DNA of 64,000 nt from Oikopleura dioica. Taxonomy: Eukaryota > Animalia > Chordata. Under the pieces are notes generated by a model, which made no database searches, had not been told where the DNA came from, and saw nothing but the letters and a program-made list of their open reading frames with translations. Below, piece after piece: positions 36,851 to 49,175 of the stretch. The DNA lies in contig OU015566.1 of the NCBI GenBank assembly GCA_907165135.1, positions 2,852,001 through 2,916,000 on the forward strand, read 5' to 3'. Position 1 is the first letter of the stretch. Every line of letters starts with the position of its first letter. Made by a program: the position numbers and the translations under genes.

Positions 36851-39800
36851 ATGAAAGAGATTTCTGAATTATCAGCTGGGAGGCTCCTCCTTTTCGACTC
36901 GATTATCACAAGATGTTCAAAAGATGATATGATTCTAGCGATACGGGTGTATAGAAAGGTGAAGGATCTTATTGGCGAACATCACGAAGGCTGCCTTGAA
37001 GAAGAATTATTCCATGATCTCGAGAAAGAACTTTATCGCATTGACCCAAACAACGAAACACTCTACCTTCCCGGAGGATATGCAGGTTTGACCGGTTCTT
37101 TATTCAGTTGAATCAACATCAATCAAAGGTCTATATTTGGTCATGAATCAAAGCAATCGTGAAAATGAGTTCAAGCCGCAAAACACTGATCCGCATATTT
37201 TCGAGGAACTCATGAAGATTGACATAGAAAATGGTGCCGTTCCAAGCCATTTCAGAGTTGTTGCAAGCTTCACTTACAATTTCTCGATTCTCAAACATTC
37301 TCTATGGGAAGAATGTAAGCTGAAATTTTTTCATAAAAAAAGTGATTAAATTATGTTAAGACACGATGGACTGGGCGTACAATATTGGCGGATACACTAT
37401 TTTCACAGCCCCAAACGAGTTCGTCGTAAGAGTTATCATCGGAAATTGTTCATATTCAAAAGATGAAATTCGCGAAATGCAGCTCTCGAATGATGAAACC
37501 CTTATTTACTTGATAAAAGAAATGCTGAAAGATCTGTCGATTGAGGAGGGGCAAGAAGTTCTTGAGATTCCAACTCAAGTTGGACTGACATTACCTTATT
37601 ACGCCACGCTTTATTATTATGGATGCTCGAGCTTTCTGTTGGAAACATTCCCAAAACTCGAGTTCAACTGCTGCAGCTACTTCAATCAGACTCCCTACAT
37701 CATGTACAAACCACTCATGAAAAAAATACTCCAAAGAGGCTTGAATCCTTTCATTACTCCACATACTTTGCCTTCCTTTGGAAACTTCTTCAACTGGTAC
37801 TTCACGGAATATGCCTTCGACGCGCACGAGGATCTGCAAGATTGCAAACTACAGAAAGATATCTTCTTCATTTCCTCCCCATACATCAAAAACAAAGAAG
37901 AAATCGAGCAACTTGGTCTTTACGATGAGCTGGTTGAAAAATACGTAACCGAATTCGCAGCCGATGGAGCTCCTTTAACAACAACGTACAATTCCTGGTA
38001 CGATATTGCTTGCAACGAAAAGTGTCCCGAAAATTGCAATCAAGCGATTCCATCCCTCCGGTATTTCATTGGCCAGCTCATCGAGAAAACCAACCTCCTC
38101 GGAAATGGCGGGCAAGGATCCGTTTTCGAGTGCACTTGGCATGGAAAAAAGGCGGCAGCGAAATTCATCCCGAATCGACAAATAACTGAAAAGTTGTTCA
38201 AAATCATCAAGGGAGCGCCGCAAAAGCTAATGGACCCGTTGCGCGAAAAAAAGATGCGACAGCTTTTTACAATGCAAGCTTCGGAATTCTACATCGCCAG
38301 GGAAATCAATCATCCTTATGTTTTGCGAATGTTCGATTTTTATCTGCAACATCGAAATGGAAAGGACGAGTTCGTCATTGTCTCGGAGCTCTGCGACACG
38401 ACATTGAGCAAGATCGACTTCAATATGGCTTCCTTTTTGAATTATTTTCTACAGGTCACTTCGGCTATCAAAGCAATCGGAGACCAAAATTTGTCACATG
38501 GCGATGTGAAGCCAGAAAATATCCTGCTGAAGCGAGAGGGCGACACTGGAGCGCTTTCTGTTCGACTTGCAGATTTCGGAATGGCCGGAATTGTCGGAGG
38601 TACACCCTTATTCATGGCGCCTGAGGTGCTGACCAGATCGATTCCTTATGTATCTGATATCTACTCGCTCGGCATGTCGATACTTTTTTCTGTTTACGAC
38701 TTGCAGCTGGCTTTTAAGCTCTTTCTTCTTCCAGGTAAAGCAGTCGAATCCCGTTCGTTTTTGAATTTTCTATTTTTAGTGGACAATGATAGCCTTCGAT
38801 CGGCGAAAAAAATTGTTCAGAAGCATGAATTGACGAAATTCATTTCGAACATGATCTCGGACGATCCAGCTGTCCGGCCTAGCATCCGGGAGGTAAATGA
38901 TTTCTTGACGGTGGAGCAACTTCTTTTCACAGATGAGAGCAAAATCACGATAAGAGATCTTGGAATCAACGATGATTTGGAGGCTTCGGAGACGAGTATT
39001 TCAAATGATCTGAAGAGAAGAGCAGAGGTTTTTGAGAACTGTCCGTTTTCAACGGTGAATATCTTGAGTTCAATCAGTCATTTGACGTCATATGAAGAAT
39101 TATCAAAGGCCGGATAAAACAAGATATAGTCTGAAAACTGAATAATTACGTTATATTCATCCTTAAAAGACGACGAAAATGATCAGCAAAACAATCCATG
39201 ACCAGGTTTAAAAACACTCGAACTATAAGAATTATTCAATAGGGTGATTCTTTCAAATGCTGGGCTTTTTCGACCGCAAGTATGCTTCGATCTTCACTTC
39301 GAGAAATGATCAAAGGCGTCGTTTTGAAACTCAGTTTCTTGATTTTTCGAATATATTTTTTCTAAAACGGCTCAAAAGGATTGGAAAATTTCTCCGATAC
39401 CGCGAAAGAAGGTTGTTTCGCGGTTCTTGATGATCCGTCGCATCACAAGGTTTCAAAGAATATATATTTCGACTTACTGTTTTTTGTAGACGCTTAGATC
39501 TGAGTTGATGATGACCGTGATTCCGACGAAAATCAACGCAAATGAAAGCGAAATTCAAGCAGCGCTTCTCTATCACGTGATGCAAAGACTCGCCAGACCG
39601 ACATTTCTGCAGCGAGAAGGTGCAGTGCTTCATTCCTATAATTAAATTCAACGATTATTGAGGAATTCATCTTCTTGGAAGCCTGAAACCGATACTTGAT
39701 AAGATCGGACAAGTTCAGCCTCTTCTTGAAATATTTTTCCACCCAACGGAATATGACAAAGTATCCGAAAAGCTTAAACAATTCGACGTTGTTGGCGATT

Positions 39801-40042
39801 TCTTCAGTGCTATTGATCAGAAAAAGACCCTCGTCTGCCCGGTCAAGTACGCTCTTTCCTTTTAATTTCAAAAAACGATGATTTTTAGTACTGGATTGGA
39901 AAATATGAAGCATGCAATGTGCTTGTACGGATTTGATGAAGAGGACAAGTCATTCATTTTCAAGAACAGCTCTTCGGAACAGACGACGATCCATGTTCCT
40001 CTCATGTCAAACCAGGTCAAGGTCGACTATTCGTTGAAGTAG
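36851..40042 (+). CDS. Protein kinase fused to a C-terminal papain-like (clan CA) cysteine protease domain, with a large uncharacterised N-terminal region
   Basis: Kinase: GNGGQGSVF, AAKF, HGDVKPEN, ADFG, GTPLFMAPE. GC-AG intron 39109-39169 joins in frame to IHDQ|GDSFKCWAFS ... KHAMCLYGFD..FIFKNS; last exon uncertain. Confidence 0.8.
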
Positions 40043-40765
40043 AAATGAGATGTTGCAGTTTTTTGTCGCTCCCTGACAGATTTTCTTTACAGAACGCGAC
40101 CTTAATTTAGCCAAATCTTGGATATCACATTTCTTTTGTGCAAAAATCTTATTGAAACCGAAAATTTTTTTTAGCTTTTTTCTTGTTCTTTGTCATTTGT
40201 TTGATAATTTATTTGGGAAAATTATTCATTCAATCAATAAAATTCTAGTAAAGAAAATTCTCCACAACTTATTTTTTTAATAATAAATATTATATATAGC
40301 TAGCGCCGTGTGATGAAAAAAGGTTTAGTTAGTGAAATCGATCGTCGGATCTCTTTTCGAAAATCTGGCTTATCCGGCCGCGCAAGTCTAGCGCGCATTA
40401 TATCGATGCAAAAGACGAGATGATCGCCAGGCCCGCCAATTCGCGGCCCCATTCAAAACCTTCATTTTATATTCCTTTCGCATTCATTTTTCGAGAAGAG
40501 AAATTATTGAAAAAACACTTCTGAAATCAAGAAAGACCCCATTTTCTAAGGGAAAAGTCAAGCAATGGGCGCGACGAGCAAAACTTCAAACAAAAAGTCA
40601 TCCCGTTTTGTTCGTTGGCTCATGCTTTTCTTCTCGCTTTTTCTCGACAAAAGTTAAAGCATTTGCATAAAAATTCATTTGCGAAGCAATTTCTGTTCTT
40701 TGTCGCCATAGAAACTAGCCATCAAAACTTCAAGATCTTGAAAACAAAATCAAAGAGAAAGAAAA

Positions 40766-41116
40766 ATGTCGTATCACTACAAAGATTTCAATATGATGTA
40801 CGACAGGAACCTTTTTACGGCTGCCAAAATGGGCGATGTCCAGGTTCGTTGTTTAAAAAATCGGAAAAGTAAAAATTGAAGATGGTAAAAAACCTCCTCG
40901 AAAGTGGATTTCCTGTGAATCATCGGGACAAGTACAATAAAACGGCCCTTCATCATGCTGTGGAAGGGTTGAATTTTGAGTGCGTGAAGATTTTGCTCGC
41001 TCATGGATCCACTCAGAATAGGGTGGGTCACTTTCAGGGTTGGTCTTTCGATTTCGATTTTTGTTTGTAAGATGCTTGTTCTTACCCCAATAAAGAGCTT
41101 TCCATGGAAAACTGAT
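40766..41116 (+). CDS. Small ankyrin-repeat protein
   Basis: LFTAAKMGDVQ|MVKNLLESGFPVNHRDKYNKTALHHAVEGLNFECVKILLAHG; 3' end uncertain. Confidence 0.8.
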
Positions 41117-42607
41117 CAAAAAATTTTTTCATCCCTCATTTTTGAAAAAAATTTTGTCGAAAAAACGGTTTTTCTAGAATAACACCGGAAGCCGCTGACA
41201 GTACACGTGATCTTACTGTATCATCATAAAGAACTCGTTAAGCCGGTCATTTTGGTACCCGAAACTTCCCCGGGAAATGGCAGGAAAAAAAACTGCTGAG
41301 ATTTTGAATGCCCAAATCCAGCAAAATTGAGCCAAATTCGGCCCAAATTTCGCGATTTTCACGATTTTCTAGAGTCTGTAAAAGTACTTTCCCGGGAGTG
41401 CACAGAGGTGTTCGGGTGCTCAAAATGATCAGCACGGTGAGAGCTTTCAAATGAGCACAAAAAGAAAGTGCGGCTCGAAAAATGTTTAAAAAGTGACCCA
41501 CCCTAACTCAGAACGTTACCGGTAAATTCTTTTATTCGTAAGAAATGAGAATAGTTACTTGAAGATAACTTGCACCGAAATCCGATGGAAATTTTGGACT
41601 ATCTCTCCGCCCGGGCCCCGGCAAGACGACAGCGACAAATTGATGATATCAGAAGATGCTTGGAAGCCGACAGATCTCAAATTTAAAACCAAAAAATCTG
41701 TTTTACAAATACTGTTTGTATTTATAGTCTGCAGATATTTCAAATGATAGAAGACCATAAATAATTTATGAATTGAATAAATTTGAGTTTTTTATTTTCT
41801 TATGCACAAGAAGACACAATACAATCGTTATCAAGAAAGTAATAGTAAGTAGAACCGCTGGACGCACTCAACAAAGATTTATACATGATGATTTTTCTTT
41901 AATTTTATCTATCTAAAGGAAGTTAAATTCAACAATTGTTTTTCCCAAAAAACCCCTCTCTAAATAACCCAAAAATAGTTTGCTTGAGTCATGACAAGTG
42001 CGCAACACAAATCAAGCATGATTCTAGAGCTGAAGTGTATTCAGAGGCACTGGGGGAGTCAGTGCTTGGGCGGCGATAAGCCCCACCTCTGCGAGGAAGA
42101 ACGAAACTCACAACGGGCTTGTTCTTCTTTTTCCCTTGAGAAAGAGACTCGCACAGGTAGATTTTTAAGAATTTGTTTTTCCTGAAAAAATCCTCTTTGA
42201 AAAATTATCTCTAGACATTAATTTTGGCAAACATAAAAAAATAGATGATTCTTCTTGGTCTGAATTTTGGCGGGTTATTAACTGTAAAACCCGGTCTAAT
42301 TTCATTCGATCATAATTGTCTCTATCTTCATGCATTATAATTTATTATTAATAAACAACTCATCAACAGTTGAATAATCTCAAAAAAACTTAATTCCAGC
42401 TCAACGCAAAAAAATATGATCCTCGAAAATTCCTACATCAAATTATTTAATGAATATATTAAGGGTATCATATAAATAAACAATAAAAATATGGGCAGCT
42501 TTCTTATGAAATTCAGAAAATTTCCTCTTCATCAAAATTGCTTCTAGCTTTCTACTCGGAACAAGGACCTCTTTATCCTTTCCTCTCTTTTGAATACAGA
42601 ATAAGAA

Positions 42608-43441
42608 ATGGACGAGGATTTTGTCAAAAAGCGCCTCGAGAAGGATCTCTCTGAATTGAAGAGAATCATCGAGGCTCATTTCATCCAGCGAAAAAAGGAT
42701 GAAGAAGAACTCGAAGAGCTCAAGACCCGAATTGAGAAGCGAAAAGAATACCGAGAGCAGCAGCTCAAGCAGCGAGCCGAGCGAGAACGACTTCGACAGG
42801 AAGCCGAACAGCTCGAAAAGGATCGACGAGCCGCCGAAGAAGGTTTGAAAAGATCGATTCTAGAGGGGTTTCTGACGGATTATTTAAGCCGCTCGAAAAG
42901 AAGAAGAAGAGCGAAAGAAGAAGGAAGCTATGCAGGCTCTTTCTCAATCCTTCGGTGGATACAAAGCTCAAGCAAAACAGGTGAATTCGTTTTTATACAA
43001 ATTGACACCCTTACTCAAAAAAAAAATTTTTTTCAAGAAAAATTTTCGAAGAATTTTGTTGTTCCATCAATACTTTCAGATTTATCTGATCTTTTTTCTA
43101 ACTTATCCCTAGCGAACTGGCCGAGGCGAGCGAGAACGAAAGAAGAAGGTTCTCGCCGAGCGAAGAAAGCCGCTGAACATCGACCATTTGGCCGCCGAAA
43201 AGCTCCTCGAAAAGGTCAAGGATCTTTACGAGCACCTCAACCGAGTCGAATCCGAACGGTAGGACTCTCTTCTCATCGCTCCCGCAATATTCTTTCAGAT
43301 GCGATTTCGAGCAGAAACAGAACCACCACAAGTACTACGTTACGATGCACCGCGCCCGCGTCAACCAGGTCATGTCGCAGCTTTCCAAAAAGAAGAAGTA
43401 ACTTTTTCTCACGATTTTATTCTGACCTCTCTAGGTGTTGA
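42608..43441 (+). CDS. TNNT: Troponin T
   Basis: [40 protein letters not shown]; [14 protein letters not shown]; [19 protein letters not shown]; an upstream exon may exist. Confidence 0.92.
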   Translation: MDEDFVKKRLEKDLSELKRIIEAHFIQRKKDEEELEELKTRIEKRKEYREQQLKQRAERERLRQEAEQLEKDRRAAEEGLKRSILEGFLTDYLSRSKRRRRAKEEGSYAGSFSILRWIQSSSKTGEFVFIQIDTLTQKKNFFQEKFSKNFVVPSILSDLSDLFSNLSLANWPRRARTKEEGSRRAKKAAEHRPFGRRKAPRKGQGSLRAPQPSRIRTVGLSSHRSRNILSDAISSRNRTTTSTTLRCTAPASTRSCRSFPKRRSNFFSRFYSDLSRC

Positions 43442-43640
43442 CATACAACTCTGCTTCAAATACATTACTATCGTGTCTTTTTTAAAACCTCGACTCATCA
43501 CAAAATTTATTTACAAGCTCTGAAAAGAAGGAACTTTGTAAAAAGCCGCTTGCGGCTTTTCGTCATTTTTCAAACGCGGCTTTTTTGAGCTTCGTTTTTT
43601 TCTACTCCGATTCAAAGCAAATACAGTTTTCGCACATTTC

Positions 43641-45193
43641 ATGAGCGAGGGCAAACTGGCTATCTTGGAAGAAATGGAAAACCCGAATTTTTTCGAAGAG
43701 AAAAAAGGAGGTGCATCGACGATATCGGAATATGAAGAGTTTCAGGGAAGAGAAGATTATACCAATTGTCCGACTTGTCAAGGGATCGGGCGAGTAGCGA
43801 GGAAGAATTTAAATGAGCTTGTCGCGCTCGTTCCTGCAAGGTATCACAAATGCTATAGCCTATAGGGTGTTGTAGGTATGGGATTTAGCTAGAATTGAAG
43901 ACATTCTTACATAGTTAACTTCGGCGAAAACACATAACTAAAAAATCAAGAAAATAGAATTAAAAAATATAGTTATGATCCTATTTTTCTTGATCTAGAA
44001 ATTTTTTCGATTTGATTTTCTAGTGACGATCGATTAAAACCTCGCAACGACAAGCGAAATCTCTTTATCGGCGGGATGGTAGTCCTCGTTGTCTGCGGCC
44101 TTGTCGGAGGCCTCGCTATTTTTTTCCTCCTCCCTCGAGTCGTCATGGTCTCAATGCGCACACCTTCCCGTGACTCCGTCATCGTTTGCCCCCAAAATGG
44201 AACGGAGCCGCCCTGCACTGAGCCGACCAACGCTCATGGCGCAGTTTTGATGAACCTGACCGTGCCATTGCATTTGGACAATTGCAACTTTCGAACAGGA
44301 GAAATTTCTGCGGTTGATTTTGAAAGTAAGATTCTTTTTTTAATTAATTTTTAAAAAGCTCTTCTTGAAAAAAGAAGGCGTTTCTTGAGCTCGGCAAGTT
44401 TTCTTCCAGTCGTCGCAATTTTCGCCTTAGATTTGTGTGAACCAGGGCGAACGCTTGTTACGTAATAAGGGTAGTTGCGAAGGAGGCGGTTGAATTTGAT
44501 TCTGTAGATCAGGTCGGATTTACTAAAGAAAGTGTTTCAGTTTTCAGTTTTTTTGAGTCTCTCTACCTGAGCTGGGCAAAGCAAAATGAAAAAAATAAGA
44601 AAAAAAGATTCATTTTTTTGTTCTTTTTTCAACTTTTTCAATTGAGAATGGGCTCGGGTTCTTTGAATCATTCATTTTATAAAGCATTCGTTTGGCCGAT
44701 ACCCTGGCCGTGCGTCAAAAGTGAGCAGATTTATCTCGACGCGCGCTGCTTTCTTAATCTGTAGAATTGCGTGAACTGTCAGAAAAAATGAAAAACAAAC
44801 AAAAAATAACCCAAGTCGGATTATACCCGTACAAGACGCTGACTAGACTTTATTCAGTTCTTTTTGGAGGAGTCATCATTGGATCAAATAAGCTCCTGAA
44901 ACCTGGTCATGTGAATTCCAGATCTGAAGGAACCTTCAATACGACCATTCCTGCCGCGGTCACGAGTAAAATCAGTGAGTTTCTCAACGTTTATTCTCCT
45001 TTATCTCGCTCTTTCAGACCCTTATGCAGTAGAAGCCTGCCAACCGGACGCGAGCGGACCTCATCTGATGGTCATCCACTTCGAAATCACAGTGAACGTT
45101 ACAGTCCACGATACAGTCCAGCAGACGGCATTGCAGCAGTATTGCTACATAAACTGCAGCCCGGCAGTTTCTGATATAACATGTGTTTTATAA
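43641..45193 (+). CDS. TMEM106: Transmembrane protein 106 family
   Basis: CPTCQGIGRV..ELVALVPA|SDDRLKPR; TM ending AIFFLLPR; luminal domain to YCYINC. Confidence 0.9.
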
Positions 45194-45315
45194 TTTCCAA
45201 TAAACGTTTCCTTTTGAATGATTTTCGTCATTACTTTTATTCGTGAGAAAAACTCCGTATGGCAGAAGAATCGGCAATTTTACTTGGCTTTGACAAGCAT
45301 ATCTTTTGAAACAAG

Positions 45316-46115
45316 ATGAAGGTAAGGCGAATTCGATAAAAAACGTATCTAGAGAATATTCATATAAATCTTAGTTCGCCGCAGGAATCCTCGCCGCCAC
45401 CAATGCCCTGTCCCCCGTTCCCGTCATCATCGGCGGCAGCATTGTCAAGCCCAACTCTGAGCCATACATCCTCTCTCTCCAGCGAAGTGGATCCCACTTC
45501 TGCGGTGGCTCCCTCGGCACTTTCGTCTCCAAGGGTATCACCGCCGCCCACTGCTTCTATAACAGTGGCGTCACCGCCGTCGCAGGTGCTCACAACATTC
45601 GAGTCAACGAGAACACCACCCAGAAAAGAACCGTTTCTACTTTCCGACGACACCCCAACTACAACAGCCGAACTTTGATCAACGACATCGCTGTTCTTCT
45701 CTTCTCCTCCGCCTTCACCGTCGACACCTACGTCACTCCAATCTCCCTCCCTCCTCACAGAAACGAGGAATGGATGCCAAACGGCGCTCAGGTCCGAGTC
45801 TGCGGCTGGGGCAACACCTCGACCTCTGGATCCGCTTACCCAAGCGAACTCCACTGCGTCAATGTCAACATCATCTCCAACGACATCTGCAACACCAAAG
45901 ACCGATACGACGGAGAGATCCTAAAGGGAATGTTCTGCGCCGGTATCTTGGATGTCGGAGGCAAAGACGCTTGCCAGGGTGATTCTGGTGGACCAGTTAC
46001 CTACAACAACCAGGTCGTCGGTGCCACCTCCTGGGGATACGGCTGCGCTCAGGCAAAATACCCAGGTGTCTACACTGATGTCGCCATGTTCAAGAACTGG
46101 ATTGATGCCCAATAA
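45316..46115 (+). CDS. Trypsin (digestive type)
   Basis: ATG AAG, intron, signal; IIGG, CGGSL, TAAHC, NDIAVL, DACQGDSGGP, YPGVYT; strongly C-ending codon usage. Confidence 0.95.
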
Positions 46116-46328
46116 AAACAATAACAGTTCTTTTTCTAAGATGATAATAAATTTTAAAATATAACTTTCGACGAATTGCCATTCGAAATATTTGCATTCG
46201 ACACATTTGGAAAGTTCCTCGGTAAAATGTTGCATATTTTATTAACTTGTCAAAAAAGAGCAGGATAGTGATTTGCAGGAAGTTTGAGTTTTGTTTCAAA
46301 AAAAATTTTGATACTTTGAGGTTTTTTC

Positions 46329-48570
46329 TTATTGCGGTTTCAGTTGATCCAAGATTGCGAAAACCTGGCGCCGAAGTTCCTTGAAAAAAATTTACAGAGA
46401 ATCAAGTGCGTTTTCTTACGTTTGAGTCCATATAGCCAGCTTTGCCTTTTGGTCCGTTAGCGCCAGGCATTCCCTTAATTCCACAGCGACCAGATTTTCC
46501 AGGTGGCCCTTGTCGTCCGCAATCACCAGGTTCTCCGGATGACCCGGGAAGTCCTTTGGGTCCTTGCTCTCCGGCTGGTCCTTTCTCGCCTCTCGGTCCG
46601 TGAGCTCCATGATCAGCGAGTTTGCCCGGTTCACCTTTTGGTCCTGGGAAGCCTGGTTGACCATCGCGACCGGGAACACCCATCGGGCCGACGGGACCAA
46701 TTGGACCTTGTTCACCGGGAAGACCATCTTCACCAGTGCAACCGCTTTCACCGCGTTTTCCTGAATGAGAAAAACTAAGAAGAGTTTCAAAGTCAAGACT
46801 CGATGGTAGCAAGAAAAGAAAAGAAACGCTCTCAAATTCACTCGTCAGCAGGAGTAACACAAGTCCGTCGCGTGGATAACCCGGATCAAGGGCAAAGCCG
46901 CAGCTGGAGTTTTGCATTTCAGGCTGAAGTCTACTCCGCGGGATCAAGCAACGATTACAACTTGTGAAATTCCTGGAACAAGGAGCCCTTGTGTAACACT
47001 TATGTGCTTTTATTACCTTGTTCGCCAGGAACACCGGCGGGTCCTCGCTCGCCCTGGCAACCAGTAGGAAGGGGGCATTTGCAGTCGCAGTGGATTTGCT
47101 CTTTTTCGCGCTTGGGGCACAAGCTGATTACGTTGTCGACGAATGTTTTTGCTGCCCATGCATCTGTGTACCTAAAAATCGGGACAAAGGGTTTCGGGGG
47201 AAAAATCCTACTTGTCAATATGCGGGTCATTTCCATTCAGATATCTCAGCGTAGCAGCCCGTTTCTTGCAAATTTCAACTGCTTGAGCAGAAGTCATGTG
47301 CGCAGCACACTCATTTTCCGTCATGATAGAATGGTCTCCTCGGGCGATTGTATGGACATCAACCTAAAAACGAGTTTCCACGAGCAAAGGAGGGGAGAAT
47401 ACCTCCATGGCGTCATGGAGCAGTTTCATTGCCCCTTTGATGTCAGCCACGGAAACAGATGGGTGATTGTAGCCGTCTGTGATTGTTAGCAAAACTCTTC
47501 AAAAAAGCAAAATTATCAATAAGCAATTATTCTAGGAGGACATACCGTTTTGAGTTTTCTCTTGCGTCGGCAAAATTTTCAATCACATTTTTCAGTCCAT
47601 TTGTAACGTAGCTTCCTTGAGCAACAAACTTGTCCATTTCCAGATTTCTCGCTTTGTTGATCAGCATATCTGGAATGTAGCTCGCTGCTTCGACGAAATT
47701 CGTAACGACTTCTGTATCTTTTGAGTATTGGATGATGCTGATTCGTGCCTTTTCGGGCCCAATTCCGAAATCGCGGTCGATTTTTTTGATCATTGTCTTT
47801 TACCGAGTTTCAAAGGAGAAAAATTTTTGAAAAAGTGGAACTTTGAGAAACGGTCCTGAAGGTAGCTTTTCATCGCGTTCCAGACATCGATGGAACAGCT
47901 ACAGACATCGACGAGAACAGCAATGTCAAGTTCGCAAGGCAATGGCGGCTCCTTAATTTTAAGGAAAAGGGGGGTCATTTGAGCCATAAATTTGAGATTT
48001 TCTCGCTTTACCTGAACACAGTCGCAGGAGCAATCCTCCTCCTTTTTCATTTCCGCGGTGCACGTTTGCATTTCCGGCTCGCAGATCGGAATATGAGGAG
48101 AGCAGATTTCATCCCTCTCAAAGTCCGAATCATCAAAAGAATCCGAACTGGAGACACTGGACACCACTGGCCCGTGCGATGAAAAATCCTTAAATGTCAC
48201 AGGGACAAAACTCGAGTAGTCGGAAGAAAATGACTCTGGATCGTCGTTTTGAATGTCTATTTGGTGGATTCTTTTTCGCCTTGTGATTTTGCCGCCGTTT
48301 TGGAGGAGTCCATGAGCGAGGCCGATTTGCAAACAAGCCTAAATTGAAGAAGTTCTCGAATGAAAATAGTCTCTTTCTCTCACCGTAATTTTCATGATCT
48401 TGACTTCTCGAAATCGCCGAAAAAAGTGAAATGAAAGAGATTGAGCCCAGTGCCAAGGGTTCAACCTCAAAGCGATCGTAAAAGGTATTTTTGGACGGGA
48501 AGTTGATTGAAGCCGGTAATAAACGGGACTTTTTGAATTTTGACTCGTCGGTTTTACGGGAAGTGAGGAT
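46329..48570 (-). CDS. VWA domain plus short triple-helix collagen (FACIT/COL21-like architecture)
   Basis: VWA: LDIAVLVDVCSCS, ARISIIQYS, ITDG; CDCKC then Gly-X-Y exons; C-terminal ELRRQVFAILDQLKPQ*; start unresolved. Confidence 0.8.
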
Positions 48571-49039
48571 TTATCAATCATTTTCTCGATTTTTTTGATA
48601 AAATATTATTTTTTGATAAATAATTAAAAATATTCTTCATGGTTTTTCAAAATTTATTTGTATTTTTTTCATAATTTATTTTTCATTTTAACAAAAATTC
48701 AATTTTAAGATTTTAAATTACATTGTAATTCTAGATTCAAAAAAATGAAATTACTTCTGGAGAATTTTTTCATATAGAAAAGCCAAGACGGGCAACGTTA
48801 TTTCCGGTCAGCGCATTTTGTTCATCTCCCCAAGTAATCGCGAGATATCCCTTGTCCAAGAAGAAAAGCGCATGTTCAAAGTGCTGAGTGCGCAGGTAAG
48901 CGATACGTCTTTAGAGTCTCCAAAGTCGCCGATTTTTTGCAACGTCTGAAGAAATGAAATGCGACGGGGCGCGCGCGCTCCAACTCACCGAGGATTATCA
49001 GGTGAGCCCCTTTTTGGGCTTCTATTACCAGCCACTTCG

Positions 49040-49055
49040 AATGTATATAAACCCA
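49040..49055 (+). promoter_or_regulatory. TATA box of the 49176 gene
   Basis: GTATATAAA about 130 nt upstream of ATG, preceded by a CG-rich tract. Confidence 0.5.
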
Positions 49056-49175
49056 AGCGGCAACGGTGTCAAAGCATCCAGTTCTTCCAACAACGGAAAA
49101 ACGAACCAAATCGTATCTTTTTAAAGACTCAATACGAGTTAAAAAAGAAAGCAACCAACCACCTCCCAGATCAAG

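Noticed and set aside
39331-39913. Minus-strand ORFs (106 and 126 aa)
   Set aside because: Antisense shadows of the papain-like exons on the plus strand.
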